A stretch of 50,250 bases of DNA from Candidatus Uhrbacteria bacterium (GTDB taxonomy: Bacteria; Patescibacteriota; Patescibacteriia; UBA9934; GWF2-40-263), in assembly GCA_014239775.1 (NCBI GenBank), contig JAAZYG010000050.1, positions 1-50,250 of the forward strand, written 5' to 3'. The notes beneath the pieces were generated by a model. The model was not told the DNA's origin, did no database searches, and saw only the letters and a list, made by a program, of their open reading frames with translations. This document shows positions 1 through 10,800 of this stretch, piece by piece (the stretch's first letter is position 1; the number at the start of each line of letters is the position of its first letter). The position numbers and the translations under genes are program-made.

Positions 1-49
1 AGACATATTGAGTTGTATATTACCACATTGTGTTTGTGTACTATTTATC

Positions 50-85
50 TCTAAAAATAAAAACCGTCTTATTACATAAGACGGT
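50..85 (-). terminator. Rho-independent terminator downstream of ORF 150..818
   Basis: 9-bp stem ACCGTCTTA(63-71)/TAAGACGGT(77-85) with loop TTACA. The A-run at 50-62 on the plus strand gives a T-run after the hairpin on the minus strand. Confidence 0.55.
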
Positions 86-149
86 AAGAGTGCATTATAA
101 GCTGTATTAGCTTATCTAAAATACTGAGTGTACAGTTGCATTAACAACA

Positions 150-818
150 CTAGGAATGGGTTGTTGAAAAACACAAGCTGTTATTCCTTTCAATTCTCTC
201 GATCGAATCAATTTGAGTATAATCAACTTGATCTGGATCATCTAGTTCGTCTGCAACTCGCCCAAGGTGCGTCACTTCATATTCACCATACCATTCTTCA
301 AATGTATCCTTGGGTACAAAATATGTTCGACGTCGATTCTGACCATAGTCTACATGCAGAAAGCATGTAAACATGATTTCTGGAAAATACTCTTTGAGCA
401 TTTTTTTTCCACGCACCATATGGTCTACAGTACCAACAACATCTAAGTCGATCATACTGGATGCACCGCAAGGTGTGTGTACCATCAGCGCAACAGATCG
501 AATACCTTTCATTTTAATTGCTTGAGCAATTTCAGTTCTAATCAAACCAGAGACATCGTGTTCTTCAAACAGATTTACACCGTCTGACAAAAGCATGGCG
601 CCGCCATGATTGGCAATTGTATGAGGTCTTGTTTGACCTTCACTTTCAATTGCCATCGATGCATTATGATTAAGAAGATCAGTTAATTGATCCCCATCAC
701 TGCAGCATACAATAATTGAGCCAACGTGTTGATTGAACTTCGTAGAGTCTGTATTAACAAGAACATCTCCTTGTCTCATCATATCTACCAATTGACGATC
801 TCTGATACTAAGTTTCAT
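150..818 (-). CDS. Hypothetical protein with a beta-carbonic-anhydrase-like Cys/His/Cys signature (tentative)
   Basis: 222-aa ORF. SD GGAGGTG (825-831) lies 6 nt upstream of the ATG. Motifs VCCSDGD ... IANHGG ... ALMVHTPCGA parallel the beta-CA motifs CSDSR ... RNAGN ... GHxxCG. The Arg of the Asp/Arg dyad is replaced and the spacing is about 18 residues longer. Confidence 0.8.
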   Translation of the reverse strand: MKLSIRDRQLVDMMRQGDVLVNTDSTKFNQHVGSIIVCCSDGDQLTDLLNHNASMAIESEGQTRPHTIANHGGAMLLSDGVNLFEEHDVSGLIRTEIAQAIKMKGIRSVALMVHTPCGASSMIDLDVVGTVDHMVRGKKMLKEYFPEIMFTCFLHVDYGQNRRRTYFVPKDTFEEWYGEYEVTHLGRVADELDDPDQVDYTQIDSIERIERNNSLCFSTTHS

Positions 819-863
819 TAATCACACCTCCTATTCTGTTATACTTTGTGTACAACGAGCGGA

Positions 864-892
864 ATGATAACAGTAAAATAGGCAAAAGTCAA
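864..892 (-). promoter_or_regulatory. Sigma70-type promoter for ORF 150..818
   Basis: On the minus strand: TTGACT (892-887), 17 nt, TATCAT (869-864). Confidence 0.5.
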
Positions 893-921
893 GAGTGAAC
901 TTTAGTTCACTCCTTTTTTTT
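893..921. terminator. Stem-loop at the end of the atp operon
   Basis: 8-bp stem GAGTGAAC/GTTCACTC (893-912) with loop TTTA. Eight T follow on the plus strand (914-921). On the minus strand the hairpin is followed by UUGACUUUU. Confidence 0.5.
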
Positions 922-923
922 GG

Positions 924-1352
924 TCATTTTATATCCCTATATTTTTTTCTTTTTATTGCAACTCTGTGTCTTGCAAGTTCCCTCTCAAGCATTGCTGTAG
1001 CATCTGCAAAAGCAATATCATCCACACCTCTTTTTTCTGCTAACAATTTTATTGCTCGTTCTTTTGCTTCTTCGATTTGCTCAAGTTCTAAGTCATCTGC
1101 TCTGTCTGCTGTATCTGCCAATACAATTACATCTTTTCCATTTTTTACTTCAAGGAAACCTGTAGAAGTAACCATATAGTGAATTTCTTTTTCTTTTTTT
1201 AAAATCATTTCACCAGCCTTAAGATTTGAAACTAAATCTATATGGTTGGGTAATATTGTTACCTGACCACTTTCAGTTGTTAATGTAATAGAATCAGCCG
1301 TATCTTCAAAGACAACTTTTTCTGGTGTTACAATTTTTATATTAATACTCAT
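924..1352 (-). CDS. atpC: F1 ATP synthase subunit epsilon
   Basis: 142 aa in the last position of the atp operon. N-terminal beta-sandwich (IVTPEKVVFEDTADSITLTTESGQVTILPNH) plus a C-terminal helical hairpin. Confidence 0.9.
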   Translation of the reverse strand: MSINIKIVTPEKVVFEDTADSITLTTESGQVTILPNHIDLVSNLKAGEMILKKEKEIHYMVTSTGFLEVKNGKDVIVLADTADRADDLELEQIEEAKERAIKLLAEKRGVDDIAFADATAMLERELARHRVAIKRKKYRDIK

Positions 1353-1363
1353 ATAAATGGAGT

Positions 1364-3662
<2,299 letters not shown>

Positions 3663-3667
3663 ATTTA

Positions 3668-5185
3668 TTAAGATTTTTCTTCTGTACCAAATGTAAGATT
3701 ATAATCTTCAATTGCTTTTTTCAGATTTTCTTCAATATTGTCAGTAATCTTTTTTTCTTTTCTCATTTCATCCAAAATATCAGCACCCGAACTAATCATA
3801 AATTTATTGAAACCAATTTCCCACTCTACTACCTGTTCAACAGGAATGTTGTCTAAATATCCATTTGTCACTGCATACAAAACAGACACTTGTTGTTCAA
3901 ATGGCATTGGATCATACTGCTTTTGTTTAAGAAGCTCTGTAATACGTGATCCTCTTTCAATTTGTTGTTTTGTTTGTGGATCTAGATCTGATGCAAACTG
4001 AGCAAATGCTTCCAGCTCTCTAAACTGTGCTAACTCCAAGCGTAATTTACCGGCAACTTTTTTCATTGCTTTAGTTTGAGCTGATGAACCAACACGAGAT
4101 ACAGAAAGACCAACGTTTAATGCAGGTCGCATACCTTTATAAAATAAACTTGTTTCTAGATAAATTTGACCATCTGTAATAGAAATTACGTTTGTAGGAA
4201 TATATGCAGACACATCTCCAGCCTGAGTCTCAATTATAGGAAGAGCTGTTAGTGAACCTCCACCGTTTTCTTCATTCAATCTAGCAGCACGTTCCAATAA
4301 TCGTGAATGTAAGTAAAAAACATCTCCAGGATATGCCTCACGTCCTGGTGGCCGTCTTAATAGTAATGAAATTTCACGATACGCCCATGCTTGTTTTGAT
4401 AGATCGTCATAAACAACAAGTGCATCTTCACCTTTGTTCATGAAGTATTCACCTATTGTACAGCCAGTAAATGGAGCTATATAAGACAAAGATGCTGGAT
4501 CTGATGCACCTGCAACAACCACAGTTGTGTACTCCATAGCACCTGCTTCTTCTAGTCTTGCAACTATCTTTGCAATTTTCGATTCCTTTTGACCAATTGC
4601 AACATAAACACACTTAACACCCAAACCTTTTTGATTAATAATTGTGTCTATTGCAATCGCAGTTTTACCAGTCTGTCTATCTCCAATAATCAACTCCCTT
4701 TGTCCACGTCCAATCGGTATCATGCTGTCTATTGCCTTAATACCTGTTTGTAAAGGCGTGTTAACTGATTTACGTGTCATAACACCTGGAGCAATTTTTT
4801 CAATAGGTAGGAAGTTTTTTTCTGTAATCTTACCCTTACCATCGATTGGTACACCTAATGGATTAAGAACTCTTCCGACAACATCATTTGATACTGGTAT
4901 AGATAAAATCTTACCTGTTGTTTTAACAGTGTCACCTTCTTTAATTTTAGATGCATCTCCTAAAATAACTGCACCGACACCATTTTCCTCCAAATTTAAA
5001 ACAACACCATAAACTCCACCTGTAAATTCAAGCATCTCTGATGATCGTGCTTCTGATAAACCACTCATTCTTGCAGTACCATCACCAACAGATAAAACAG
5101 TTCCAACCTGTTCCTCTTTTGACTCTACATGAAATTTATCTAGAGCGTCTTGCAATGAATTTATTATTTCCTTTTTTGTAGTCAT
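3668..5185 (-). CDS. atpA: F1 ATP synthase subunit alpha
   Basis: 505 aa. Walker A GDRQTGKT, strongly alpha-like throughout. Confidence 0.97.
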   Translation of the reverse strand: MTTKKEIINSLQDALDKFHVESKEEQVGTVLSVGDGTARMSGLSEARSSEMLEFTGGVYGVVLNLEENGVGAVILGDASKIKEGDTVKTTGKILSIPVSNDVVGRVLNPLGVPIDGKGKITEKNFLPIEKIAPGVMTRKSVNTPLQTGIKAIDSMIPIGRGQRELIIGDRQTGKTAIAIDTIINQKGLGVKCVYVAIGQKESKIAKIVARLEEAGAMEYTTVVVAGASDPASLSYIAPFTGCTIGEYFMNKGEDALVVYDDLSKQAWAYREISLLLRRPPGREAYPGDVFYLHSRLLERAARLNEENGGGSLTALPIIETQAGDVSAYIPTNVISITDGQIYLETSLFYKGMRPALNVGLSVSRVGSSAQTKAMKKVAGKLRLELAQFRELEAFAQFASDLDPQTKQQIERGSRITELLKQKQYDPMPFEQQVSVLYAVTNGYLDNIPVEQVVEWEIGFNKFMISSGADILDEMRKEKKITDNIEENLKKAIEDYNLTFGTEEKS

Positions 5186-5186
5186 A

Positions 5187-5564
5187 TTAGCTTTCTTGCA
5201 ATGTTCTTTTTAGTTGTTTTAGATGGCCTTGAATACTTCCATCAATTACTTTGTCATCTATTCTTAATTTTGCACCTCCTATTAAACCTTTATTGATTTT
5301 TTCCTGAACTTCAGCACCTTTAGAAATCTTCTCAAGGGTACTTCTTAATTCATCTGATATTTTTTCTGCACTCTCTATAATTATTGTTCCTATTCCGTAC
5401 TTATCCTTCCACACATTTTCTATTTCAGAAATCACATCAACCATTCTGTGAAGCTCACCTTGGTCTGAAAGGAGTTCGATGATACCTTTTGACACTTTGC
5501 TTACATCATTGTTTTCTGATGCTTCAACAATTACCTGAGCAAGTTGTTTGTTTGTATACATCAT
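5187..5564 (-). CDS. atpH: F1 ATP synthase subunit delta (OSCP), unusually short
   Basis: 125 aa between b and alpha. C-terminus [26 protein letters not shown] matches the delta C-terminal domain. The N-terminal part is much shorter than the usual ~180-aa protein. Confidence 0.8.
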   Translation of the reverse strand: MMYTNKQLAQVIVEASENNDVSKVSKGIIELLSDQGELHRMVDVISEIENVWKDKYGIGTIIIESAEKISDELRSTLEKISKGAEVQEKINKGLIGGAKLRIDDKVIDGSIQGHLKQLKRTLQES

Positions 5565-6136
5565 ACTGCTTTTTCTACAACATCTTCTGCTATTTTTTGT
5601 GATTTCTTTTCATCTATTGCATCTTCTAGAATTTTCTTTGATGCTTCCACAGCAATTTGTGCGATTTCTTTTTTTACATCTTGTATCATCTGTGTTTTTT
5701 CTGTTTGTAATTGTATTTTACCTTTTTGAACCACTTGTTGAACTTCATTTTTTGCATTAGTAATCATTTTTTCACTTTGTTTTTCAGATTGAGTTCGTGC
5801 GGTTTCAATTATTTTTACAGCCTCTGTTTTTGCAAGTTTTAATATATCTTTTTGCTCATGCCTTGTAGACTCCATTCTTTTTTCAATTTCATCCGCATGC
5901 TTCATGCTCTGCTCAATTTTCTCAGATCTTTTATCCAGCATTTTTATGATTGGTCCGTATGCCCATTTTCTCAATACTAAAAGCACAACAAGAAAGTTTA
6001 CTAATTGTGCGAGAAATATTTTTAGATTAATCCCTAAGGTTCCTAGTCCACCAGTTGCCTCTGCTACGTGGGCTACTTCTTGTACTGCTACAGCAGCGTT
6101 TTGAATTTCTTGTGACATATATTTTTTAATCAACAA
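5561..6136 (-). CDS. atpF: Fo ATP synthase subunit b
   Basis: 191 aa with one N-terminal TM helix (LKIFLAQLVNFLVVLLVL) and a long charged coiled coil. The track start is TTG at 6136; an alternative ATG lies at 6118. Confidence 0.85.
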   Translation of the reverse strand: MLIKKYMSQEIQNAAVAVQEVAHVAEATGGLGTLGINLKIFLAQLVNFLVVLLVLRKWAYGPIIKMLDKRSEKIEQSMKHADEIEKRMESTRHEQKDILKLAKTEAVKIIETARTQSEKQSEKMITNAKNEVQQVVQKGKIQLQTEKTQMIQDVKKEIAQIAVEASKKILEDAIDEKKSQKIAEDVVEKAV

Positions 6137-6144
6137 ACTACTTA

Positions 6145-6168
6145 CAACATCGAGAGATCTCGATGTTG
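6145..6168 (-). promoter_or_regulatory. Perfect 24-nt palindrome (intercistronic stem-loop) between atpE and atpF
   Basis: CAACATCGAGAGATCTCGATGTTG gives 10-11 bp of perfect pairing. No adjacent U-run on the minus strand. Confidence 0.6.
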
Positions 6169-6187
6169 ATGATTGTGTGTCGACTTA

Positions 6188-6415
<228 letters not shown>

Positions 6416-6474
6416 TTATTAATTATTTAGTAATTAGCAACTTATGACTAAATATAATCATCAGTTGCTAACCA

Positions 6475-7350
6475 CTAAGCTGTTGCGTTTTGTATTTTGT
6501 TTGTTGAATTATTTTTTCTAAGATTTTTCGTTTTTTTATTTTCTTCATGTTCGTCATCATGATCATGACTTGTGGTTGCAACAACTAAGTATGCCAATGT
6601 AAGCATTGCAAATACTGTAGCTTGCACAATTCCTACCAAAATCTCTAAAAACATGAAAGGTATTGGTAAAAAGTAAGATGATATTCCAAGCATGACTGTT
6701 AGTAATACTTCACCTGCAAATATATTTCCAAATAGACGAAGTGATAATGACACAACTTTTGCAATTTCACCAACTATTTCAATTAATCCTACGCCGAATT
6801 CAACAATTGCAACCAAAATCGCAACAGGTCCTTTTTTAAATGAACGTATAATACCGCGTATGTTAAAAAACTTACTTATGTGAGATACCACACCTATTGA
6901 ACGCAGCCCAACAAAATGAGTTGTTAGTATTGAAAATAGAGCAATTGCTAATGTTAGGTTAACATCACTTGCTGCTGGTCTTAATAAAGGAATTAGTTCG
7001 ATTTTTCCATGCATTTCACCCCACACGCCAATTGATCCAGTTCCTGGAAGAAGACCTATCCAGTTTGAAAATAAAATAAAAAAGAAAATAGTTGCTACTA
7101 AAGGAAAGAATTGTAATGCTTTTTTTCTACTTCCAGCAATTTTTTCAACTTCATTTAGAAAAAATTCAACTAGAAATTATGAGAGGTTTTGAATTCCTTT
7201 TGGAATAAGACTTTTTTTGTTTTTAATAAAAAAAGCAATCCCAACAAAAAACATAACAGCAATCCACCCATTAACCATAGAATTGGTTATGGGCATCGGT
7301 CCAATATTAAATATTATTTCTGCTGCTGCTGGTGGAATCACTAAGCTCAT
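6475..7350 (-). pseudogene. atpB: Fo ATP synthase subunit a, full-length reading frame interrupted by one in-frame TAA (7177-7179)
   Basis: The 3' part (6475-7026 in the track) carries LSLRLFGNIFAGE with the essential Arg. The same frame continues upstream to ATG 7350, which overlaps the TGA of the preceding ORF (ATGA). This stretch encodes the N-terminal TM helix and the segment KGIQNLS*FLVEFF. The stop is the only defect. Confidence 0.8.
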
Positions 7351-7649
7351 ACTTTGTTTATATTATTTTCAGGATCCTTTTTCTCATCTATGGCTATTAT
7401 TGCTAGATATTGCTGCTTGTACGTATGTGCTTTTTTTACAATCATTAAACTTGTAAAAATAAACGCCACCAGAAGCAATATAGCCAAATACCTAGGTGCT
7501 GTTTGAAATTTGGTATCTAGCCATTTACCAGCAAAAACTGCAGACAATGCTGGTATAGCAATTGCTGCGCTAAAGTCTGAAAAAATTTTGAATGCAAGCC
7601 TATAATAGGCTTTATCGTTTTCCATATAGTGTGTGTAAGGTCCATTCAA
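7347..7649 (-). CDS. AtpZ/AtpI-like small membrane protein of the atp operon
   Basis: 100 aa with two TM helices. First gene of the operon, and FAGKWLDTKF...P is AtpZ-like. ATGA overlap with atpB. Confidence 0.7.
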   Translation of the reverse strand: MNGPYTHYMENDKAYYRLAFKIFSDFSAAIAIPALSAVFAGKWLDTKFQTAPRYLAILLLVAFIFTSLMIVKKAHTYKQQYLAIIAIDEKKDPENNINKV

Positions 7650-7705
7650 AACACAACTTTACTTAAAATTATTTTTGTAATAGACCCTATAAATTTCGCG
7701 CCGAT

Positions 7706-7734
7706 AGTATATGTCTTTATTTGCTTTTGGTCAA
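7706..7734 (-). promoter_or_regulatory. Sigma70-type promoter of the atp operon
   Basis: On the minus strand: TTGACC (7734-7729), 17 nt, TATACT (7711-7706). Lies between the upstream terminator and atpZ. Confidence 0.55.
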
Positions 7735-7752
7735 TAGGGTAATTTTTTAAAC

Positions 7753-7801
7753 AAAAAAAAGCGGTAATAACATTATATTTAATTCATAATATTATTACCG
7801 C
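7753..7801 (-). terminator. Rho-independent terminator of ORF 7822..9402
   Basis: 16-bp stem with one mismatch, GCGGTAATAACATTAT / ATAATATTATTACCGC (7761-7801). On the minus strand it is followed by eight T (plus-strand A-run at 7753-7760). Confidence 0.7.
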
Positions 7802-7821
7802 AGTACGCACACTGTCACTTA

Positions 7822-9402
7822 CTAAGATGTAGGGCTCGCATCATTAGAAGAAGACGTCTTTTTTTTAGCAGACTTCTTCTTTAGGGCATTAGGCTTCTTT
7901 GCAGAAGTCTTCTTTGCAGAAACCTTCTTTCTTCCTGAAGTAGAAGATTTCTTTGAAGCCTTTTTGCTCTCAGTCTGTTTCTCAACGTAACCATCTTTCT
8001 TAAGAATAAAATTAATTACCCAAGACCGAATCGTACGATGGAAATGACTTCTGTGATTATATTCTCCGTCAATAACAGAGTTGAGCCAACACACAACTGC
8101 ATCTTCAGAATCAGGAGTGCCTCGCACAACATTAGGACCGTTACCAGCAAGCATGACTTCAGCAGAAGGCATTCCAGGAACTCTGCTTAGTTTTGACCAC
8201 ACATCAGCAAGCTTGGTCTTATAGCAATCCAAGGCTTTTACTACGGCCTCTCGAGCCAAATCACTAAGAATTGGACCTACAAGATTACAAGAATCACTTG
8301 ACTCAATACGTCCAAGCTGCAATGCCCAGTCATAAAGTGGATTAGTCAAATCATAATCCCGTCTCAACAGCATGGCAGTGTGTTTTTCAACCCTGTCAGG
8401 ATTGAAACGCATAATATTCGTACCAAGAACTGCAAATGGATCAAATTCACTTTTTACATCAACATCCATCTGACACTCATTGATTTGAACATCTTTTTCA
8501 CGACCCAGCCAGGTTGCAACAATTGATGACTCTAGCAGTCTGATACGAAAAACATGCTTTTGACCAGTGTAGACATATTGTCCATTACCTTCAATCTTTG
8601 CAGGTGGAGGAGATTGAGATCTGTCATCTAACTGGATCTTTTTTCCAAAAATCGAACCAATGAAGTAAACCTCCTTGTGCTTTTGTTTACCTTTTTCAGG
8701 ACCAAATCTAATGGTCTCCTTATAGGTCTGTGACCACATACGCCCAACAGGCAGAGTGATACGACGTGTACCATTCTTGTTAAGATTATGTGAGATTGGC
8801 TCAATGTGTGGCCACTTGCGCTCAGGCAAATCATCTACAATACGATTCCAACGAGACAAGATTGAAGGATCTGCAAGTCCGACAGGCAACACCTTAAAAG
8901 GTCCTTTGTCGTTCTTTGGTTTAAATACAATACAATGAAATGTTCCATTGGACCGCAACCAGCCATTGTCATTTACAATGTAGTTAATCCCTACAACGAT
9001 CAGAGGAACCACCTCCACCTCACCATATCCAGACAAATGAACTGTAGAGCTGATGCGTACATCAATCACCTTTCTAACACCCTTGTCAGTCCTGTGAATG
9101 GTTTGACCTTCAAATTCAATCGGAATGATTTGTGGTGACACACCGTCTGACTGCACAACCAAACGCTCACGCATTTTATTGTGTGCCTTCTGGTCTCCGC
9201 CAGTAACAATTGCCGACAATTGCAACAAGTTTGTTACCAGACTTTTTACAGTTCCAACATGTCCTGGCAATGCCAGTGCAGTTGATTCAGATCCATTCAC
9301 CTTATTGTTTTCAGGCTCCTTACTTGGAATAGTCATTCCTAGTGCACTGATAACAGGATCATCTGTTGTTTTAATTCTCGAATCTGTTTTATCTTCATCC
9401 AT
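7822..9402 (-). CDS. Orphan 526-aa protein with a lysine-rich histone-H1-like C-terminal tail
   Basis: Long ORF in AT-rich DNA. SD AGAGGTGA (9407-9414) with its own promoter and terminator. The tail is KKASKKSSTSGRKKVSAKKTSAKKPNALKKKSAKKKTSSS. I recognise no family motif in the ~470-aa body. Confidence 0.85.
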   Translation of the reverse strand: MDEDKTDSRIKTTDDPVISALGMTIPSKEPENNKVNGSESTALALPGHVGTVKSLVTNLLQLSAIVTGGDQKAHNKMRERLVVQSDGVSPQIIPIEFEGQTIHRTDKGVRKVIDVRISSTVHLSGYGEVEVVPLIVVGINYIVNDNGWLRSNGTFHCIVFKPKNDKGPFKVLPVGLADPSILSRWNRIVDDLPERKWPHIEPISHNLNKNGTRRITLPVGRMWSQTYKETIRFGPEKGKQKHKEVYFIGSIFGKKIQLDDRSQSPPPAKIEGNGQYVYTGQKHVFRIRLLESSIVATWLGREKDVQINECQMDVDVKSEFDPFAVLGTNIMRFNPDRVEKHTAMLLRRDYDLTNPLYDWALQLGRIESSDSCNLVGPILSDLAREAVVKALDCYKTKLADVWSKLSRVPGMPSAEVMLAGNGPNVVRGTPDSEDAVVCWLNSVIDGEYNHRSHFHRTIRSWVINFILKKDGYVEKQTESKKASKKSSTSGRKKVSAKKTSAKKPNALKKKSAKKKTSSSNDASPTS

Positions 9403-9493
9403 GAAATCACCTCTATTTGGAAGCAGACATTTAGTCTTTGTGAATATTTAAAAGTACGATTCCCTTACTAGTTTAACTTTAGTACGAGGATCG

Positions 9494-9522
9494 ATATTAT
9501 CAGTAAATTTTCTAAATGTCAA
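9494..9522 (-). promoter_or_regulatory. Consensus sigma70-type promoter for ORF 7822..9402
   Basis: On the minus strand: TTGACA (9522-9517), 17 nt, TAATAT (9499-9494). This implies a 5' UTR of about 85 nt. Confidence 0.6.
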
Positions 9523-9590
9523 GCGATCTAAACTTTTTTTTATATTTTGTAATAATGCTCTACAACACAACATATTTATGTAAAAATATA

Positions 9591-9619
9591 TTGACAAAAT
9601 CAATAATTACTGCTATATT
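9591..9619 (+). promoter_or_regulatory. Consensus extended -10 promoter for the acidic-protein gene
   Basis: TTGACA (9591-9596), 17 nt, TGcTATATT (9611-9619). Confidence 0.6.
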
Positions 9620-9654
9620 TACTCCCTGCACTCATGCAGCAAAGGAGGTGTACT

Positions 9655-10782
9655 TTGAAAATTTCAACTAGGGTTGAAGCTCTTCAAGCTATTTTTGGTG
9701 AACGTGAATGTCGAGACTTTGATCTCGCTGTTGATTTAATTGGTGATAATCTTGATCTGGGTTCTGCTGAAAAAATGGAACTGGACACTTTAAATGACTC
9801 AACTTTAGTGAACCTAAATGAATTCAAGGAAGATCCAGAAAATTTTATCGAAGAAGAATACGATATTGATACTGGGTATAATCCTTATTTGATCAAACTA
9901 GCCCGTCTGATTGGTCTGACATTTATCACTCTTCATGAAGAAGTTATTGCACATACAGATAAGCTACTTCAGCACGTTTCTACTATAAAAGACACTGCTA
10001 ATCCTATGGATTTTGATAGTTCTTCTGGCGAGGAGACAGAACTTGATGATGCTGAACAAGAAACTGCAGCATCTTCAATGGCTGTTGATGGATCTGATGA
10101 CGATAATTTATATCCTGTGAATGAGTTAAATCCACCTGATGCAGTCTCACTTGATCATGAAAATGATTTTGTTGTGCTAGACACAGAATCAAATCAAGAT
10201 CAACCAACTGATGTTATGGTTGAGGAAGTGGCAGATGATCATGCCGGTCTATTGGAATCACTAAACTCAGGGTTTGTTAGACCAAATCTTGGTCATGATG
10301 AACAAGAATCTCTGCCTGAGGACTTTCAAGATCAAGAAGCTTTAGAGAATCCTGCAAAAGAAGATGATTCTCATAATTCTGTACAACCTGAATCAAACAT
10401 CACATCAAATTCAGTTTTTAGTAATGTGAGTAAGAATGTGGTGCCAGATCTATTTTTTCCTGTGGCTGGAACTATGTCTCAGTCTGAGGAGCTGAGTACC
10501 CAAAATACACGAGCAATCACAGAACATGCTTGGTGGATTAGTAGAAAACAATCCATTGAACATGCCGTGCGTATTGTACGAGATGAAAAATGTGTGTTTG
10601 AGGCTATTGGCGGCAAAAGTGATCTTAATATCTGGCAAGAATATATGTCAGAATGTTCACAAGGTTACTATAGTCCTATCAATATTGAGCGTGGACATCT
10701 TGGAAACGCTTTGATACAGGCTTTATTGTCCAAGATGGATATCCTAGATCCAAATGAGTATATTGAGCGTTTTGGCTCTTAA
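9655..10782 (+). CDS. Orphan, strongly acidic protein with a long D/E/S/N-rich central region
   Basis: ORF is open from 9634. GGAGGTG (9644-9650) sits 4 nt upstream of the in-frame TTG at 9655, whereas the ATG at 9634 would lie only ~8 nt from the predicted TSS with no SD. The middle ~170 residues are dominated by D, E, S, N and Q. No recognisable motif. Confidence 0.8.
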   Translation: MKISTRVEALQAIFGERECRDFDLAVDLIGDNLDLGSAEKMELDTLNDSTLVNLNEFKEDPENFIEEEYDIDTGYNPYLIKLARLIGLTFITLHEEVIAHTDKLLQHVSTIKDTANPMDFDSSSGEETELDDAEQETAASSMAVDGSDDDNLYPVNELNPPDAVSLDHENDFVVLDTESNQDQPTDVMVEEVADDHAGLLESLNSGFVRPNLGHDEQESLPEDFQDQEALENPAKEDDSHNSVQPESNITSNSVFSNVSKNVVPDLFFPVAGTMSQSEELSTQNTRAITEHAWWISRKQSIEHAVRIVRDEKCVFEAIGGKSDLNIWQEYMSECSQGYYSPINIERGHLGNALIQALLSKMDILDPNEYIERFGS

Positions 10783-10800
10783 TAAGCTCGTAAATTCTCT

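Noticed and set aside
7650-7821. Larger intergenic gaps (also 9403-9633, 21630-21812, 31198-31348, 45058-45166) inspected for tRNA or ncRNA genes.
   Set aside because: No cloverleaf-compatible stems or conserved tRNA boxes were seen. The gaps are accounted for by promoters, terminators and, in one case, a small ORF. The 7-nt inverted repeat ACCCTAT/ATAGGGT (7684-7690 and 7734-7740) around the atp promoter is too short to call.
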